A stretch of 64,000 nt of DNA from an uncultured Planctomycetota bacterium (GCA_963823665.1 CAWGMQ010000008.1:2016001-2080000); one strand, 5' to 3'; numbered from the stretch's first letter, positions 52,055 through 63,973 are shown. Program-made: numbers and translations. The notes: generated by a model from the sequence alone, not told the origin.

Positions 52055-53461
52055 CTACAAGCCCGCCCGCCGCCCCGGTCGGAGCAAGAAGTAATAAACC
52101 GGGATCCCCGCCAGGATGCTCAGCAACGAATAGATCGACACCCTCGGCCGCTCGACGAACGCGGCAACCGTCAAAATCGTTGTGACCGTGAGGAAGACCG
52201 CCGGAACAACCGGATAACCCGGTGTGCGGAACGGACGTGGCAGGTCCGGCCGGGTCCACCGTAGAACGTAAATGGTGCTCACCGTCAGCATCGAGAACAA
52301 AGCCAGGCCGACTCCCGCATAGATCACGATACTCTCGAATGACCCGGTCCACAACAGCACCAGGGCCCAGCCAACCTGCAAAGCCGTCGCGACGGCAGGC
52401 GTTCGGGAACGGCCCGTGAGCCGGCCCGCAATCGCCGGGAAGTGCCCGGCCCGTGCCATCGCGTACGCCACCCGCGGTCCAGTCAGCACATACGCGCTCA
52501 GCGAGGCCAGGAGCGTCAGGCCGATGGCAATTGAAAATGGTGCGGCCAGCGCCGGGCCGAACAGACGCCGCGCGGCCAGTTCAGCAATCGGCGCCACGGC
52601 TTCGAAGCCGTGACGCTTGGCGATCTCCTGGATCTCGCCGGCCGGCAGAGCCAGTGCGTACACCAGGTTCAAGCACAGGTAGAGAACGATCACGGACACG
52701 GTTCCCAGCAAGATGGACCGCGGCAGGCGACGGCCGGGGTCACCGATCTCGCCCGCCAGGTACGAGGCAGCGTTCCAGCCCGTGTAGCCATAGGAGATAT
52801 ATACCAGCGAGAACATCATCGCGCTGACGACGTGGAAATCCAGCGGCGGCCGATCGGCCAAACTTCCCCCGCGCGGCCAGCCCACCGCCAGACCCGCCAC
52901 CACCAGCGTGACCAGAACGCCGACTTTGAACACCGTGATCGCCGAATGCACCCACGTCGTGCCGCGCCGGGTCGTGGCATGAATCACGCCGAAGGCAACG
53001 ATCGCCACCGTCGCAAGCCCCAGGCGGGCGCCCCGAATCGTGGCCGCATCCAGATCGAGCGGGGCCAGCAGGTAGGAGGCCGCGGCAAACGCCGCCGCCG
53101 CGATCGGCGCCGCGAAGCCGATCAGGAACGAAACCCAACCCGACAGAAACGCCACCGCCGGGCCGTATGCCTCGAGCAGATAAACGTAGTCGCCACCCGA
53201 CGCGGGCATGGCAGCCGCCAGCTCGGACACCGTCATCGCCCCGCACAGCGCGACGATCCCGCCCAGGAGCCAGAGCCCCAGCATGAGCTGGTTGCTCCCG
53301 ACGGCCGCGACGGTGTAACCCGATGTGGTGAGCACGCCGACACCGACCATGCTCGAGATGACCACGAACGTCGCCAGTGCCAGGCCGTATTCCCGAGGTT
53401 TCGGCGCTTTTTCCAGCCCCTCGTATATGGCCTCGTCAATCCCGAGCTCCGGCATCGTCAT
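52055..53461 (-). CDS. APC-family amino acid permease
   Basis: 'SMVGVGV', 'GGDYVYL', 'YGYTGW', 'RPFRTPGYP'; about 12 TM segments. Confidence 0.92.
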   Translation of the reverse strand: MTMPELGIDEAIYEGLEKAPKPREYGLALATFVVISSMVGVGVLTTSGYTVAAVGSNQLMLGLWLLGGIVALCGAMTVSELAAAMPASGGDYVYLLEAYGPAVAFLSGWVSFLIGFAAPIAAAAFAAASYLLAPLDLDAATIRGARLGLATVAIVAFGVIHATTRRGTTWVHSAITVFKVGVLVTLVVAGLAVGWPRGGSLADRPPLDFHVVSAMMFSLVYISYGYTGWNAASYLAGEIGDPGRRLPRSILLGTVSVIVLYLCLNLVYALALPAGEIQEIAKRHGFEAVAPIAELAARRLFGPALAAPFSIAIGLTLLASLSAYVLTGPRVAYAMARAGHFPAIAGRLTGRSRTPAVATALQVGWALVLLWTGSFESIVIYAGVGLALFSMLTVSTIYVLRWTRPDLPRPFRTPGYPVVPAVFLTVTTILTVAAFVERPRVSIYSLLSILAGIPVYYFLLRPGRRAGL

Positions 53462-53575
53462 CTCGAAAGGTCTGGTGAGATATCGATCCCCATCGCGCGA
53501 GCCTCGGCCGGCAACGCACGACCACTCTCATCCAAAAAGAGTGACATGAAAATCGAACTTTCAGTTTCGCTTATT

Positions 53576-54712
53576 CTAAGGATTGGGAGAACAGTCGTTC
53601 AAGTAGGGCGGCTTCCTGCGACGCCGCGCCGCAATCGGCGCACCAGAGGGCGCCGCTTTCAGCTCTGCTCCACCCGTGTCGCGATCGGCTGGCTGAATTC
53701 CGGCCGCGGCCCTTCTTCGTCGCCTTGACGATTTGGTACCCGGCCACACCATCGTCCCGCCGCGCCGGCGCCGCTTTTTCCTGCCTGTGCCTTCCGTCGA
53801 GTCGCTCGTCTCGGGCGATACTTGAATTCTGAGCTTTTGGGCAGCCCTCAGCTCGATCATACGCACGGATTCCTTGTTCACACCCACGATTCGCGCGATC
53901 CTGGCAAGGGTCATCGGGCCGTCCTTTCCGAACCCGTGGCGCATGGCAAGAACTTGCTTCTCTTGTTCGTCCAGACACTCCAGGCGAGACTGCAACGACA
54001 GCGCATCATCCGGTGATTCATCCGCCAGCTTGTGTGGCTCGGCTGGATCCAACACCATGCCCGACGACCAGCCACCCTTCTCCCGCACATTGATGCTTTC
54101 CTGTTGAACGTTATGAACCATTTGCGCTCTGGCCACTCGCGATTTCAGCAATTCGCTGAATCCCAATGACGCAGCCACCTCGTCGAAGGTCGGCTTGCGG
54201 TCCATTTCTCGCGCCAGATCACGTTCCGCCTTGCGGACTTTGTGCAGCAGTTCCAACATCTGATGGGGCAGCCGAATGATCGCTGAAGAGTTCGCAACTT
54301 CCCGCCGCATCGCTTTCTTGATCCAAACACTCGCATACGTGCCGAATCGGACTCCATGACTGGGCTCATACTGCTCCGCTGCGCGAATGAGAGCGAGGTT
54401 CCCCTCACTGATCAAATCATCGACCGTCGCGCCGTGCCCCGCACACTCTGTTGCAATTTTCACGACCAGTCCCAGGTTGCACTCGACCAACCGCGACAGT
54501 GCGCCTTTGTCGCCTCGCGCGATCGCCTCGGCCAAGCTCGTCTCTTCGGATGCAGACAGGCGCTTCCATTGCCCGATCATCGCTAGATAAGGTCCCATCT
54601 CACGGTACTTCGCTCTGTCGGCCCGTCGCCTCGGCTGTAGCGATTCATGCCCGTGACAGCGAGCGGTCTGAATCTCTTTCTGTTTCAGCTTGCCGGTCGG
54701 TTCGTGTTGCAT
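53576..54712 (-). CDS. Sigma-70 family (RpoD/RpoS-like paralog) sigma factor
   Basis: Region 1.2 'YL..IG...L...EE', 'NLGLVV', 'DLISEGNLAL', 'RFGTYASVWI', 'IRLP', region 4 HTH; GAAGGAG SD. Confidence 0.85.
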   Translation of the reverse strand: MQHEPTGKLKQKEIQTARCHGHESLQPRRRADRAKYREMGPYLAMIGQWKRLSASEETSLAEAIARGDKGALSRLVECNLGLVVKIATECAGHGATVDDLISEGNLALIRAAEQYEPSHGVRFGTYASVWIKKAMRREVANSSAIIRLPHQMLELLHKVRKAERDLAREMDRKPTFDEVAASLGFSELLKSRVARAQMVHNVQQESINVREKGGWSSGMVLDPAEPHKLADESPDDALSLQSRLECLDEQEKQVLAMRHGFGKDGPMTLARIARIVGVNKESVRMIELRAAQKLRIQVSPETSDSTEGTGRKKRRRRGGTMVWPGTKSSRRRRRAAAGIQPADRDTGGAELKAAPSGAPIAARRRRKPPYLNDCSPNP

Positions 54713-55029
54713 TGATAAAATCTCCTTCGAGCTTCCCTCTGGTGTTCGATGTCGCTGGTCTACCCGGATGTCATGCTCCAGCTTCGGGTCCGGGTGCTTG
54801 AGAAAGGAATCTGCCGGCGGAAATCCACCAGCCAGCAGGCGCACGCCCGGTGCTCGGGGCTTCCCCCTTGGTGTCACTCCGGCCGCCGCCGTAGAGCGGC
54901 GCCGAGCGAACCCTCTACCTAAACGATCTACAAAAACACCGAAAAAATTGTATAAAAATTAACAGATTCGTTCGGCGCACATAACATCGTGCGAGATAAA
55001 GGTTTACATCTTTCGCCTCGGAGTGATGG

Positions 55030-56709
55030 TCAGTGACCGTCAATTCGCGAACTTCCCGTCCGTGCTATCCGCGATCCCCGGCGCGGTCCTCGGGCCGGCC
55101 GGGCGCGCTCAAAACGAGGCGAAAGAACTTGATAAATCGTTACTTCCCCGGCTTCCCAGACCTTTCTCACATCGTACGGATGCGCATGAACAAATTGCGC
55201 CAGCGGACTTCGGGCGCGCGGCTGTATCGTTCCCGGTCGACCAGCAGGTATGCCACGCGGTATTCGGCAATCGTCCTCGCGATCGACTCAGGGCCGGCAT
55301 CGTGCTCCGTGCGCCGCTCCTCGGTCGAGACCGCGAGCCCCTGCCGGCCCGTCTGCCAGAACACCTCGCCGGGATGCCGTGACAGGATCGCACCTGGCCG
55401 GTCACCGTGATGAACAAGCCAGTTGCAGGCGGAATCAAAATCCCGCTGAGCTGATTCCATCGCTTTGGCCCGTCCCGCGATCGTTGCGTAAACCGAGTAA
55501 GGCAGCGATCCTGCAAGCAGCAAACTCGCCGCAATCCGGCGAACCTTGGACGGTCTGAGCTTGAGCCCTCGCCACCTTCCCAGCGAAACGAGCGGCCCCG
55601 AAAGCCCTTCGAGCCCAGCGACCAGCAGGCACGGAACCAGTGGAATCAGAAATCGACCTGCTTCCGTGAAAGGCCACGGCAAAATGATCAAAATCGTCAG
55701 AATCGGAATCAGGGCGATCAGCCGCGCTCGTGGTCTCCACAATGCAATCACCAATCCCAGGGCGATGACTGCTGTCGCCACAAGACCCCACAGACCCGCC
55801 ACGCTCCGCGCTACGCCGGAGGTCTGAAAGCGTGTTCCAACTTCGACGACAGGGCCGGTAAGCTGGTCCGGAATGCGCATGACGTAAAAGAGGAGCTGGC
55901 GACCGATCAGAACGGGCCACGACGAGTTCCCCGTGAAGATCATTCCAACCTGGGTGCCCCTATATCCCACCACCGCCAACCAGACAACCCACGGAAGAAC
56001 GAGGAGCCCCGTAACGACGGCGATTGTCAGCATCTCTCGCCAGCGTCTCGCCAGAGCCCGGTCGAGCAAGACCGCCAGCACGAGCCCGATCGCTATGTGC
56101 CGCGTCATGAGACAACCGGCCAGAAGCACGCTGAGTGCGAGGGTCCTGGAAACGGTCGCTCGATGTCGGGCCGGCGCGGGCTGCCAACGGCTCGCCCGCT
56201 GCGCCCCGTGGCACTGGCTCCGCCAGTGCGCCGGCTCTCCGTCGCTTGCCGCTCCACGCGGCGAGAACGACCAACTGGCAAAGCAGCATGTAGAGTGGCT
56301 CGGACAGGATCGCGCTGCCGGTTCGCGCCCAGAGCCAGTTGACGCTCAAGGCTATTCCGAGGATGAACGCCGTGTTACTTCCCACGAGGCGCCGAAACCA
56401 CCACCACGAGGCGATCGTCGCGCCGACGGTACACACGACGGATAGAACATGAGCCGCGCCGGCCGAGATGCCGGTCAATTTCCAGACCCCGGCGAGCAAG
56501 AACGGGTATCCGGGCGGGAAGTGGCCGTGGCGGGGCTCGTCTGGATGGTCGATTGCCCGATAGCTGTGCCGCTCGAGCAGAGACCGCGCGAGCACCGCAT
56601 AGCCGGCCCCGTCATATCGCGGCGGCGCAGACCAGCTCGCATTGGCCACGATGAATGCCGCGCTGGCGATCCCGACCAGTGACCCCGCGCTCCACTGCGA
56701 GCCCATCAC
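55030..56709 (-). CDS. Polytopic membrane protein, GT-C/ArnT-like glycosyltransferase (apparent frameshifts)
   Basis: 'DGAGYAVLARSL', 'HFPPGYP', 'LSEPLY', 'RFLIPLVP' across ORFs 55960..56709 and 55167..56129. Confidence 0.7.
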
Positions 56710-56715
56710 CGTGTC

Positions 56716-59034
56716 CTATCGCCGCTCCCCTTTGATCCGGTTCACCCGCGCGGCCTCCGTCTTGATGAACGCGACGTCAAGGAATGGATCGGCCGAAACC
56801 CGCTGGAAGCGGACGTCCCCTCCGGCGTCAATCAAGAACGTACCGTGCAGCGGCTGGCCCTCGAAGTCATCATAAGCTTCATAAATCTTGAATAGCTCCA
56901 GCTTGGGGTCGGCCAGGATCGGCATGGGGAACTTGATGCCGTCCTTGTTGTTCTTGAGAGCCTTCGCGGCTTCGACGTCGTCCGTCCCGATCGCCACCAC
57001 CTCGACGTTCAATTTCTTGAGCGCCTCGATCTCCTTGCCAAACAGCTCGAGCTGCTGCATGCAGTGGGCGCATTTCCCTCCCAGAAAGAAGATGATCAAG
57101 ACGTTCTTGCCCTTCCGCTCGGCGAGACTCCAGGCAGCACCGGCCGTGTCGGTTCGCCAGAACGGCGCGGCCGGAAACGCCGACCAGGTGAGCGGCCCCA
57201 GCGTCGTCAGATCGATGCGGTTGACGGTGTTCTCGTCGGTGTCGCCACCGCCGGCCGGCTCTCCCCGGGATGTCCACGCGTTGTCGGCTTTCCAGCGGGC
57301 GACAATCGCCTCCAGCCGCCGGAAGACCGGAAGGTCGCGGTCCGCAGACCGCGCAAGCGGCTCGAGAGTGCGATAGACCTCGCGCGCTTCCTTGTCCTTC
57401 CCGCAAAGATGCAAGATCTCGACCTGAGATGCCAGCGGCGCGACTTGCTTCGGGTTCTTGGCGACGGCCTCGCGGGCTTTGACTTCCGCAAAGCCGAAAT
57501 TCCGGGCCTTCAGGTGCGCCCGCGCCAGATTCTCGGGCCGCATCGTCGTGGCTTTCGCGAATGAGTCGAACGCAGGCCCGATCTCCCCGCGAGCCAGCAT
57601 CTGTAGACCTTCCAGCTCGGCAAGTGCCGATTTCGCCCCGGGGCTCGTCAGCTTGCGCAAGGCCTCGATCTGCGCGGCAAGCTTGCCCTGGTCGTTCTTG
57701 GCAGCATAGGCGAGCCCGAGCGTGTATGCCTTCTGCTCGAGCTCGATCGGCAGACTCGACCAGTCGAGTGCCCCGCTCGTTGTGGCCGCAATCAGATCAT
57801 CCCATAACTCGTACCGGATCAGTATCTCCGACCAGCGGGCGCGCCCGCTGCGCTGTGCGGAACCCCCGTCGTTGGGCCCGTTCTTGGCGGGATCACGCGG
57901 CTGCTCAACCAGGTTCCGCGCCACCGCAATCGCATCGTGCACCCGGCCGATGTGGCTCAAGCTCGTGCAAAGCCACTGATTGTTGTGGGCGTAGTTGTGG
58001 ATCTCGAACGGCATCACCCTGTCCCTGATCATGTACGCGTGATCGACCCGGGCCGATCCCTCCTGCTGATACGCGGCGTCGGCATAACGCTTGAGCTCGG
58101 TGTAGGTGTGCCCCGGCATGTGCCACGCATGCGCAATGCCCGGCGCCGTCTTGGCGTAAAGCGCAGCCGACTTCTCGGCCCGACGCGGCTTGGACCCATC
58201 CCAGAGATGAATCCGGTAATGGTGCGCCCCCGGGTGCATCGGCTCGGTTTCCATCACCGTGTCCAGCACGACATCAACGGCCTGCCGGCTGCCGATTCCG
58301 TCCCTGGAATTCTGCCAGTTCTGCCAGGTCACCATCGCCAGCCACGCGCGTGCATCGATATCTCCCGGAAACTCCTGCACGATCGATTCCAGCCCTTGCA
58401 GCCAACCCTGGCGCTTGGCTTGGTCGGTTGCTCCATCCTTGAAGAACGCTTCAAGCGCGGCCAGATAATGCGATTCCCGCGAGCTGATCCCCGCAGCCCG
58501 CTTCCGGGCTTCGCTCAAGAACCCTTTCGCGCGCCTGGGATTATTGATGTTCGACATCGCCATGCCCCAGTACGCCATGGCGCAGCGGGGGTCGATCCTG
58601 GCCGCTTCCCGGAACGATCGCTCGGATTCGAAGTAGTAAAAGGAATGAAGCTGCGCCACCCCTTGATCGACGAATTTCTGCGCATCGGGCTTGGTCGTGG
58701 TCACCGGAAAATGAACCTTGCCCATACCCGGTATGATATGCGCCGCACGCCGCGGGCCGTCGTTGAACGCCTCCCCATGCAGCGAATGGCCGGGTGGCGG
58801 CACCGCCGGATTGGCCTCCGTCGCCGACGCCGTCGGCTTCACCGGCTCCTGAGCGCCAGCCTGAAGAGAAGCGGAAAAGACCAGCCCCGCCGCGGCAATG
58901 AGCATCGCATAACCACTTTCGGCCCCGCGCATGAGAAGTTTCCCCGGTCGCCGCCACGGCTGTGATCGATTGTTTTGACTCTGACTCGGCTCGACGACAC
59001 CGCCTCTCTCGTCACCGAGCCAGGCGCCGCGCAC
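56716..59034 (-). CDS. Exported TPR/His-motif protein with a C-terminal AhpC/TSA redoxin domain
   Basis: 'HPGAHHYRIH', 'HAWHMPGH'; C-terminal 'GGKCAHC...HGTFLID'; start uncertain. Confidence 0.8.
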   Translation of the reverse strand: MRGAWLGDERGGVVEPSQSQNNRSQPWRRPGKLLMRGAESGYAMLIAAAGLVFSASLQAGAQEPVKPTASATEANPAVPPPGHSLHGEAFNDGPRRAAHIIPGMGKVHFPVTTTKPDAQKFVDQGVAQLHSFYYFESERSFREAARIDPRCAMAYWGMAMSNINNPRRAKGFLSEARKRAAGISSRESHYLAALEAFFKDGATDQAKRQGWLQGLESIVQEFPGDIDARAWLAMVTWQNWQNSRDGIGSRQAVDVVLDTVMETEPMHPGAHHYRIHLWDGSKPRRAEKSAALYAKTAPGIAHAWHMPGHTYTELKRYADAAYQQEGSARVDHAYMIRDRVMPFEIHNYAHNNQWLCTSLSHIGRVHDAIAVARNLVEQPRDPAKNGPNDGGSAQRSGRARWSEILIRYELWDDLIAATTSGALDWSSLPIELEQKAYTLGLAYAAKNDQGKLAAQIEALRKLTSPGAKSALAELEGLQMLARGEIGPAFDSFAKATTMRPENLARAHLKARNFGFAEVKAREAVAKNPKQVAPLASQVEILHLCGKDKEAREVYRTLEPLARSADRDLPVFRRLEAIVARWKADNAWTSRGEPAGGGDTDENTVNRIDLTTLGPLTWSAFPAAPFWRTDTAGAAWSLAERKGKNVLIIFFLGGKCAHCMQQLELFGKEIEALKKLNVEVVAIGTDDVEAAKALKNNKDGIKFPMPILADPKLELFKIYEAYDDFEGQPLHGTFLIDAGGDVRFQRVSADPFLDVAFIKTEAARVNRIKGERR

Positions 59035-59090
59035 TGCCGAGTCCAGCTATTCTCGCCCAACTAACGAATAAAAGCGAGCCTTCGCGAGCG

Positions 59091-59129
59091 AAAAAGCCCG
59101 GCGAACCCTCCCGGATCCGCCGGCCTTTC
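59091..59129 (-). terminator. Rho-independent terminator after the Gfo/Idh/MocA gene
   Basis: - strand CCGGCG...CGCCGG stem followed by CTTTTT. Confidence 0.55.
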
Positions 59130-59175
59130 CCCAAGCCTGAAAATACACTTCCTCGATCTGCGACAGGCCCATCGC

Positions 59176-60594
59176 TCAGATTTCCCATCCCTTGCGAATA
59201 TAGGGCTTCAAGTACTGGCTGGCCTCGGAGTTATTCGCGACCTCGCCCGTTTCCGGATTGTATTCAATCGAGCCAGCCCACTCAGCCGGCTTTTTCTTTT
59301 CATCGATCAGCTTGCCCGAGCGCACCGCCACGTTGCCAAGCAGCATCGACTCGGTCAGGGTCGCCGCGTAGTCGAAATTGGAAAGTGCGAGGGACGGCTT
59401 CCCCGCGCGAATCGCCGCGACCCACTCTCGCTTCTGGTTGCCGTCGATGTCGCCAGGGCGCTCATGCCGCGGCAGCGTCTGCGCCGGAACCTTGAGCTCG
59501 ACATAATCGCCCTTCGGCCAAATAACTTGCTTGGCGCCGTAGTCGTTCGGTGAATACATCCGATAAAGCGAGCCCACGATCACCGACCCGCTGTCCGAAG
59601 GTGCCAGTCCCCGGTCGGGGAAAATACTCGCAGGCGGCAGGTTCCGCTTGCCGTCCTTCGCCCCTTCGTACCAGGTCAGCTTGACCGGCGGCAGGTTGCC
59701 ACGCGCGGGGAACTCATACGTGATCGTCGCCCACGCCGGGTACGTCTCCTGGTTGATCGCCCCGCTCTTGCTCGAGACGCGCGTCGGCAGCCCGAGCTGA
59801 AGCGCCATGAACGGCAGATTGGTCGTGTGACAGGCCATGTCACCGAGCGCGCCGGTCCCGAAGTCCCACCAGCCGCGCCAGTTGTGCGGATGATAAACCG
59901 GGTTGTACGGCCGCTCGGGCACCGTCCCCAGGAAGAGGTCCCAGTGCACGTGCTCGGGAATCGCCACCGATTCCTGCGATCGCGCCACGATGTCCGGCGC
60001 CTGCTTCCAGTAGTTGAACGGGCGATTGGTCCAGACGTGCACTTCCTTCACCTCGCCGATCGCCCCGGCACGAACCAGCTCGACTGCCCGGCGCAACCCG
60101 GAATCCGCCGTTCCCTGGTTCCCCATCTGCGTGCACACGCCCTTCTGCCGTGCCGTCTCGCGCATCAGACGAGCTTCCCACACGGTGTGTGCCAGCGGCT
60201 TCTGGCAATAGACGTGCTTGCCCATTCGCATTGCCATGACGGCCGCCGGCGCATGCGTGTGGTCGGGCGTCGACACGATCACAGCGTCGACCTGGTCACC
60301 AAGCGCGTGCAGCAGCTCGCGATAATCGTTGTACTTCTTGGACTCCTTCTGCCTTCGGGCCATGTCGTCCAGACGTTTCTGGTCGATGTCGCACACCGCA
60401 ACAACCCGACCGACCCGTGCGGCGTGCTCCGTGTCGCCCCCCCCTTTGCCTCCGACGCCAATGCAGGCAATGTTCAACGTGTCATTCGGCCCGACACCCC
60501 AGGCGAGGCTTCGCTTGCCCTGGACCAGAACACCAAAGCCCGCGACCGAGGCGCCGAACAAGAACGACCGACGGTTCGTCGTCATACTCATCAA
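59176..60594 (-). CDS. Gfo/Idh/MocA oxidoreductase with Tat signal
   Basis: 'NRRSFL', 'IGVGGKG', 'STPDHTH', 'CQKPL', 'GDMACH'. Confidence 0.93.
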   Translation of the reverse strand: MMSMTTNRRSFLFGASVAGFGVLVQGKRSLAWGVGPNDTLNIACIGVGGKGGGDTEHAARVGRVVAVCDIDQKRLDDMARRQKESKKYNDYRELLHALGDQVDAVIVSTPDHTHAPAAVMAMRMGKHVYCQKPLAHTVWEARLMRETARQKGVCTQMGNQGTADSGLRRAVELVRAGAIGEVKEVHVWTNRPFNYWKQAPDIVARSQESVAIPEHVHWDLFLGTVPERPYNPVYHPHNWRGWWDFGTGALGDMACHTTNLPFMALQLGLPTRVSSKSGAINQETYPAWATITYEFPARGNLPPVKLTWYEGAKDGKRNLPPASIFPDRGLAPSDSGSVIVGSLYRMYSPNDYGAKQVIWPKGDYVELKVPAQTLPRHERPGDIDGNQKREWVAAIRAGKPSLALSNFDYAATLTESMLLGNVAVRSGKLIDEKKKPAEWAGSIEYNPETGEVANNSEASQYLKPYIRKGWEI

Positions 60595-60971
60595 CGATGC
60601 TCCTGTTGATCAAACAAGGTGGGAGGGCCAACTGTCGCAGTCAGCGGCTCACTCGAAGGCGGGAATTCAGATCACTCGCCGCTGGCACAGTAACCATTCC
60701 GTTTATTGTGGCCAGAACACGCATCAATTGCGAGCCGGTTCCGCAACCGTCACCACTCGAACGGGTGCAATCAATCACGCGGGGCGAGGCGCCGCCGGGT
60801 GCGACGACAATCCGCCCCCGCCCTTGCGTTCCAGCCGACGACGACGATAATGGCAAGTGCTCATGCAGAACTCGAGCCCCAAGGCACACAGCACCGCTTC
60901 ATTGTCGCCCTTTACTCCGCACACAGCACCGTATACCTTGATTGGCCGCCGGAAGAAAATGGAGCGATACC

Positions 60972-61538
60972 ATGAAAAATCTCAGCCTGATAACTCTGTT
61001 TGTCGCTCTTCTGGCGACCGCAGATACTCGCTCCGTCTTCGCCCAGCAAGGAACCCATTTCCAGCGGGTAACGACAACGGCCTCAAGTGCTTCGCACTCG
61101 CCTTCCGCGCGTAGCCCAAGGTCCACTCCCGCACGCGACGTCCAGGCTCCGAGAGTGGCAAGCCGCGCTTCGAGTGCCAGGGCGTCCAGGGTGGCGGAGC
61201 TTGAACGCTTGCGGGCGCAGTCCGACGTGCTTCACCCCTACTCGAGTCGCTCCGCGGCTGTGGCCCAGTCGGATGATCGTGGATCCGATGGCGGCCGGTT
61301 CTCCACCTGGCGCAACCAACCGCAGCCGGCCGCTCCCGCCCCCCGAGTTGCGGCCGCACCGCGATCTCATAACTATTACCCCACCTTGCGGTCCGGCGTT
61401 TATGCCGCGCAGCCGGTCCAGCTCACGGCCAACCAGGGCTTTCTTCTCCCGCGAACGTGCTGCTCCGCCAGCCGCTCTCAGTTGATGGCCGCCGCCGGCT
61501 CTCAGTCATTATCCGGCATGGGTGCGCACCATCACTGA
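60972..61538 (+). CDS. Secreted hypothetical protein, Ser/Ala/Arg-rich
   Basis: GGAG SD; Sec signal MKNLSLITLFVALLA; 'HNYYPTLRSG'. Confidence 0.7.
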   Translation: MKNLSLITLFVALLATADTRSVFAQQGTHFQRVTTTASSASHSPSARSPRSTPARDVQAPRVASRASSARASRVAELERLRAQSDVLHPYSSRSAAVAQSDDRGSDGGRFSTWRNQPQPAAPAPRVAAAPRSHNYYPTLRSGVYAAQPVQLTANQGFLLPRTCCSASRSQLMAAAGSQSLSGMGAHHH

Positions 61539-61690
61539 ATTCCGGCAACCTCGGCCGCCCCGCCTCGAACCGCGCTTTGTCTGCCGGCCCCGGCGTGTTA
61601 TGATACGGACCTGAATAGTGGCCCGGCGAATTCATTCGCCGCGCTCGGGGACCGAGCGCACTGGGTTTCCTTTGGGTTTCTACAGCCTCG

Positions 61691-63973
61691 ATGAAACGGA
61701 ACAGCGAGATCCAAAAGATCGCATTCGTCGGCGATTATCTGCCGAGACGATGCGGCATAGCGACTTTCACCTACGACGTCTGCACGTCGGTTGCCACCCA
61801 GTATCCCGGCTCCGATTGTTTCGTCGTGCCCATCAACGACGTTCCTCAGGGTTACGACTACCCGTCCGAAGTCCGCTTCGAAATCGAGGAACAAGAGGCT
61901 CGATTCGTACCTCCGAGCGGCTGATTTCCTCAATTTCGCCAACGCCGATATCGTCAGCCTCCAGCACGAGTACGGCATCTTCGGCGGCACCGCCGGCAGC
62001 CATGTCGTTCGTCTGCTTCGCGACCTGCGCATGCCGATCGTCACGACGCTGCATACCGTCCTCAAGGATCCCAGCCCCGAGCAGCACCGCGTGCTCTCTC
62101 AAATCGGCGAGCTCTCGGCCCGCATGGTGGTCATGTCCGAGCGCGCCGCGCCTTCCTGCGCGAAGTCTATGACGTGCCGGACGCCAAGATTGATCTGATC
62201 GCGCACGGTATCCCCGACATGCCCTTCGTTGATCCCAATTTCTACAAGGATCAATTCGCCGTCGAAGGCAAGCTGGTCGCGCTCACTTTCGGTCTCCTGT
62301 CGCCGAACAAGGGAATCGAGCGAATGCTTCGGGCCATGCCCGCCATCCTTCGTGAATTCCCGAACTTCTTCTACATCGTGCTCGGGGCAACTCATCCCAA
62401 TCTGCTGCGGGAGCAGGGGGAGCGCTATCGTATCAGCCTCGAGAGGCTCGCCAAGGACCTGGGCATCAAGCCCAACGTCAGCTTTTACAACCGGTTCGTC
62501 GCGATCGACGAGCTGATCGAATTCATCGGCATGGCCGACATCTATATCACCCCGTATCTGAACCCGGCTCAGATCGCCTCGGGAACGCTTGCCTATGCCT
62601 TCGGCTGCGGCAAAGCCGTCGTCTCCACGCCTTACTGGTATGCCGAAGAGCTGCTGGCCGACGGCCGTGGCGTCCTCGTGCCGTTCGACGACTCGGCGGC
62701 CCTGGCCCGCGAAATCTGCGCGCTCCTCCACGACGAGCCCAGGCGCCATGCCATGCGGAAAAAGGCCTACATGCTCGGCCGCGAGATGATCTGGAGCCAC
62801 GTCGCACACCTTTACATGGAATCGTTCCAGCGCGCCAGGCGCAGCCGGCTCGACATGCCGTACAAACCGCAGGCGGTTCGAACCCTGGCCGAACAGCCCA
62901 TGGATCTGCCGAGTTGGCGGCTCGATCACCTGGTTCGAATGACTGACTCGGCCGGAATGCTCCAGCACGCCCACTCCACGATCCCGAACTTCGCCGAAGG
63001 CTACTGCACCGACGACAACGCCCGGGCTCTGCTCTTGACCGTCCAGCTCGAGCAGCTCGGTCAGAGCACGGCCCAGTTGATCCGCCTGGCGACGACCTAC
63101 TCGGCATTCTTGAACTTCGCATTCGACCGGGGAAAATGCCGGTTTCGCAACTTCCTCGGCTTCGATCGCTGCTGGCTCGAGGATGTGGGCTCCGACGACT
63201 CCCACGGCCGCGCCCTTTGGGTGCTCGGCGCCTGCGTGGGCCGCTCGCGCCGCCGCGACCTCCAGCTCTGGGCCTCGCAGCTTTTCGATCTCGCCCTGCC
63301 GACGATCGCCGAGACCACCTCGCCACGCGCCTGGGCCTCCGCGATTCTGGGCGTCTGCCTCTACCTCCAAAGATTCGGCGGCGCACGGCCACCGGGCCAG
63401 GTGCGCGACACCCTGACGGAGCGACTGATCGAGCTCCTCGAAAAAAACTCCGACGACGACTGGCCCTGGTTCGAAAACGTCCTGAGCTACGATAACGCCA
63501 AGCTCCCCCACGCGCTCATCGCCAGCGCCCGATCGAGCGGAAACGACCGCGCCTTGTCGCTGGGCCTGCAATCACTCTCCTGGCTCCTCGAACAGCAAAA
63601 GTCGCCGACCGGCCGCTTTCGTCCGATCGGTTGCAACGGATTTTACGAGCGCGGCCGGGAACGCGCCCAGTTCGATCAGCAGCCCATCGAAGCGCAGGCC
63701 ACGCTCACCGCGTGCATCGAGGCCTACCACGCCACCGAAGACCCAGTCTGGCTTCAGGAAACCCGGTTGGCCTTCGAGTGGTTCCTGGGCGCCAATGACC
63801 TCGGGCTCGACCTCTATGACCCCAAGACCGGCGGCTGCCACGACGGTCTCCAGGAAGATCGAGTCAACTCGAACCAGGGGGCCGAATCGACCCTCGCCTT
63901 TCTGCTGTCCCTGGGCGAAATGAAGCTGCTGGAAAGCACTCTGGCGACCTACCGTCAAGTGCAGGTGACTTGA
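61691..63973 (+). CDS. GT4 glycosyltransferase fused to a C-terminal six-hairpin glycosidase-like domain (apparent frameshifts near 61895 and 62150)
   Basis: 'PRRCGIATF', 'QHEYGIFGG', 'SGTLAYA', 'YCTDDNARAL', 'FDQQP', 'NQGAES'. Confidence 0.85.
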
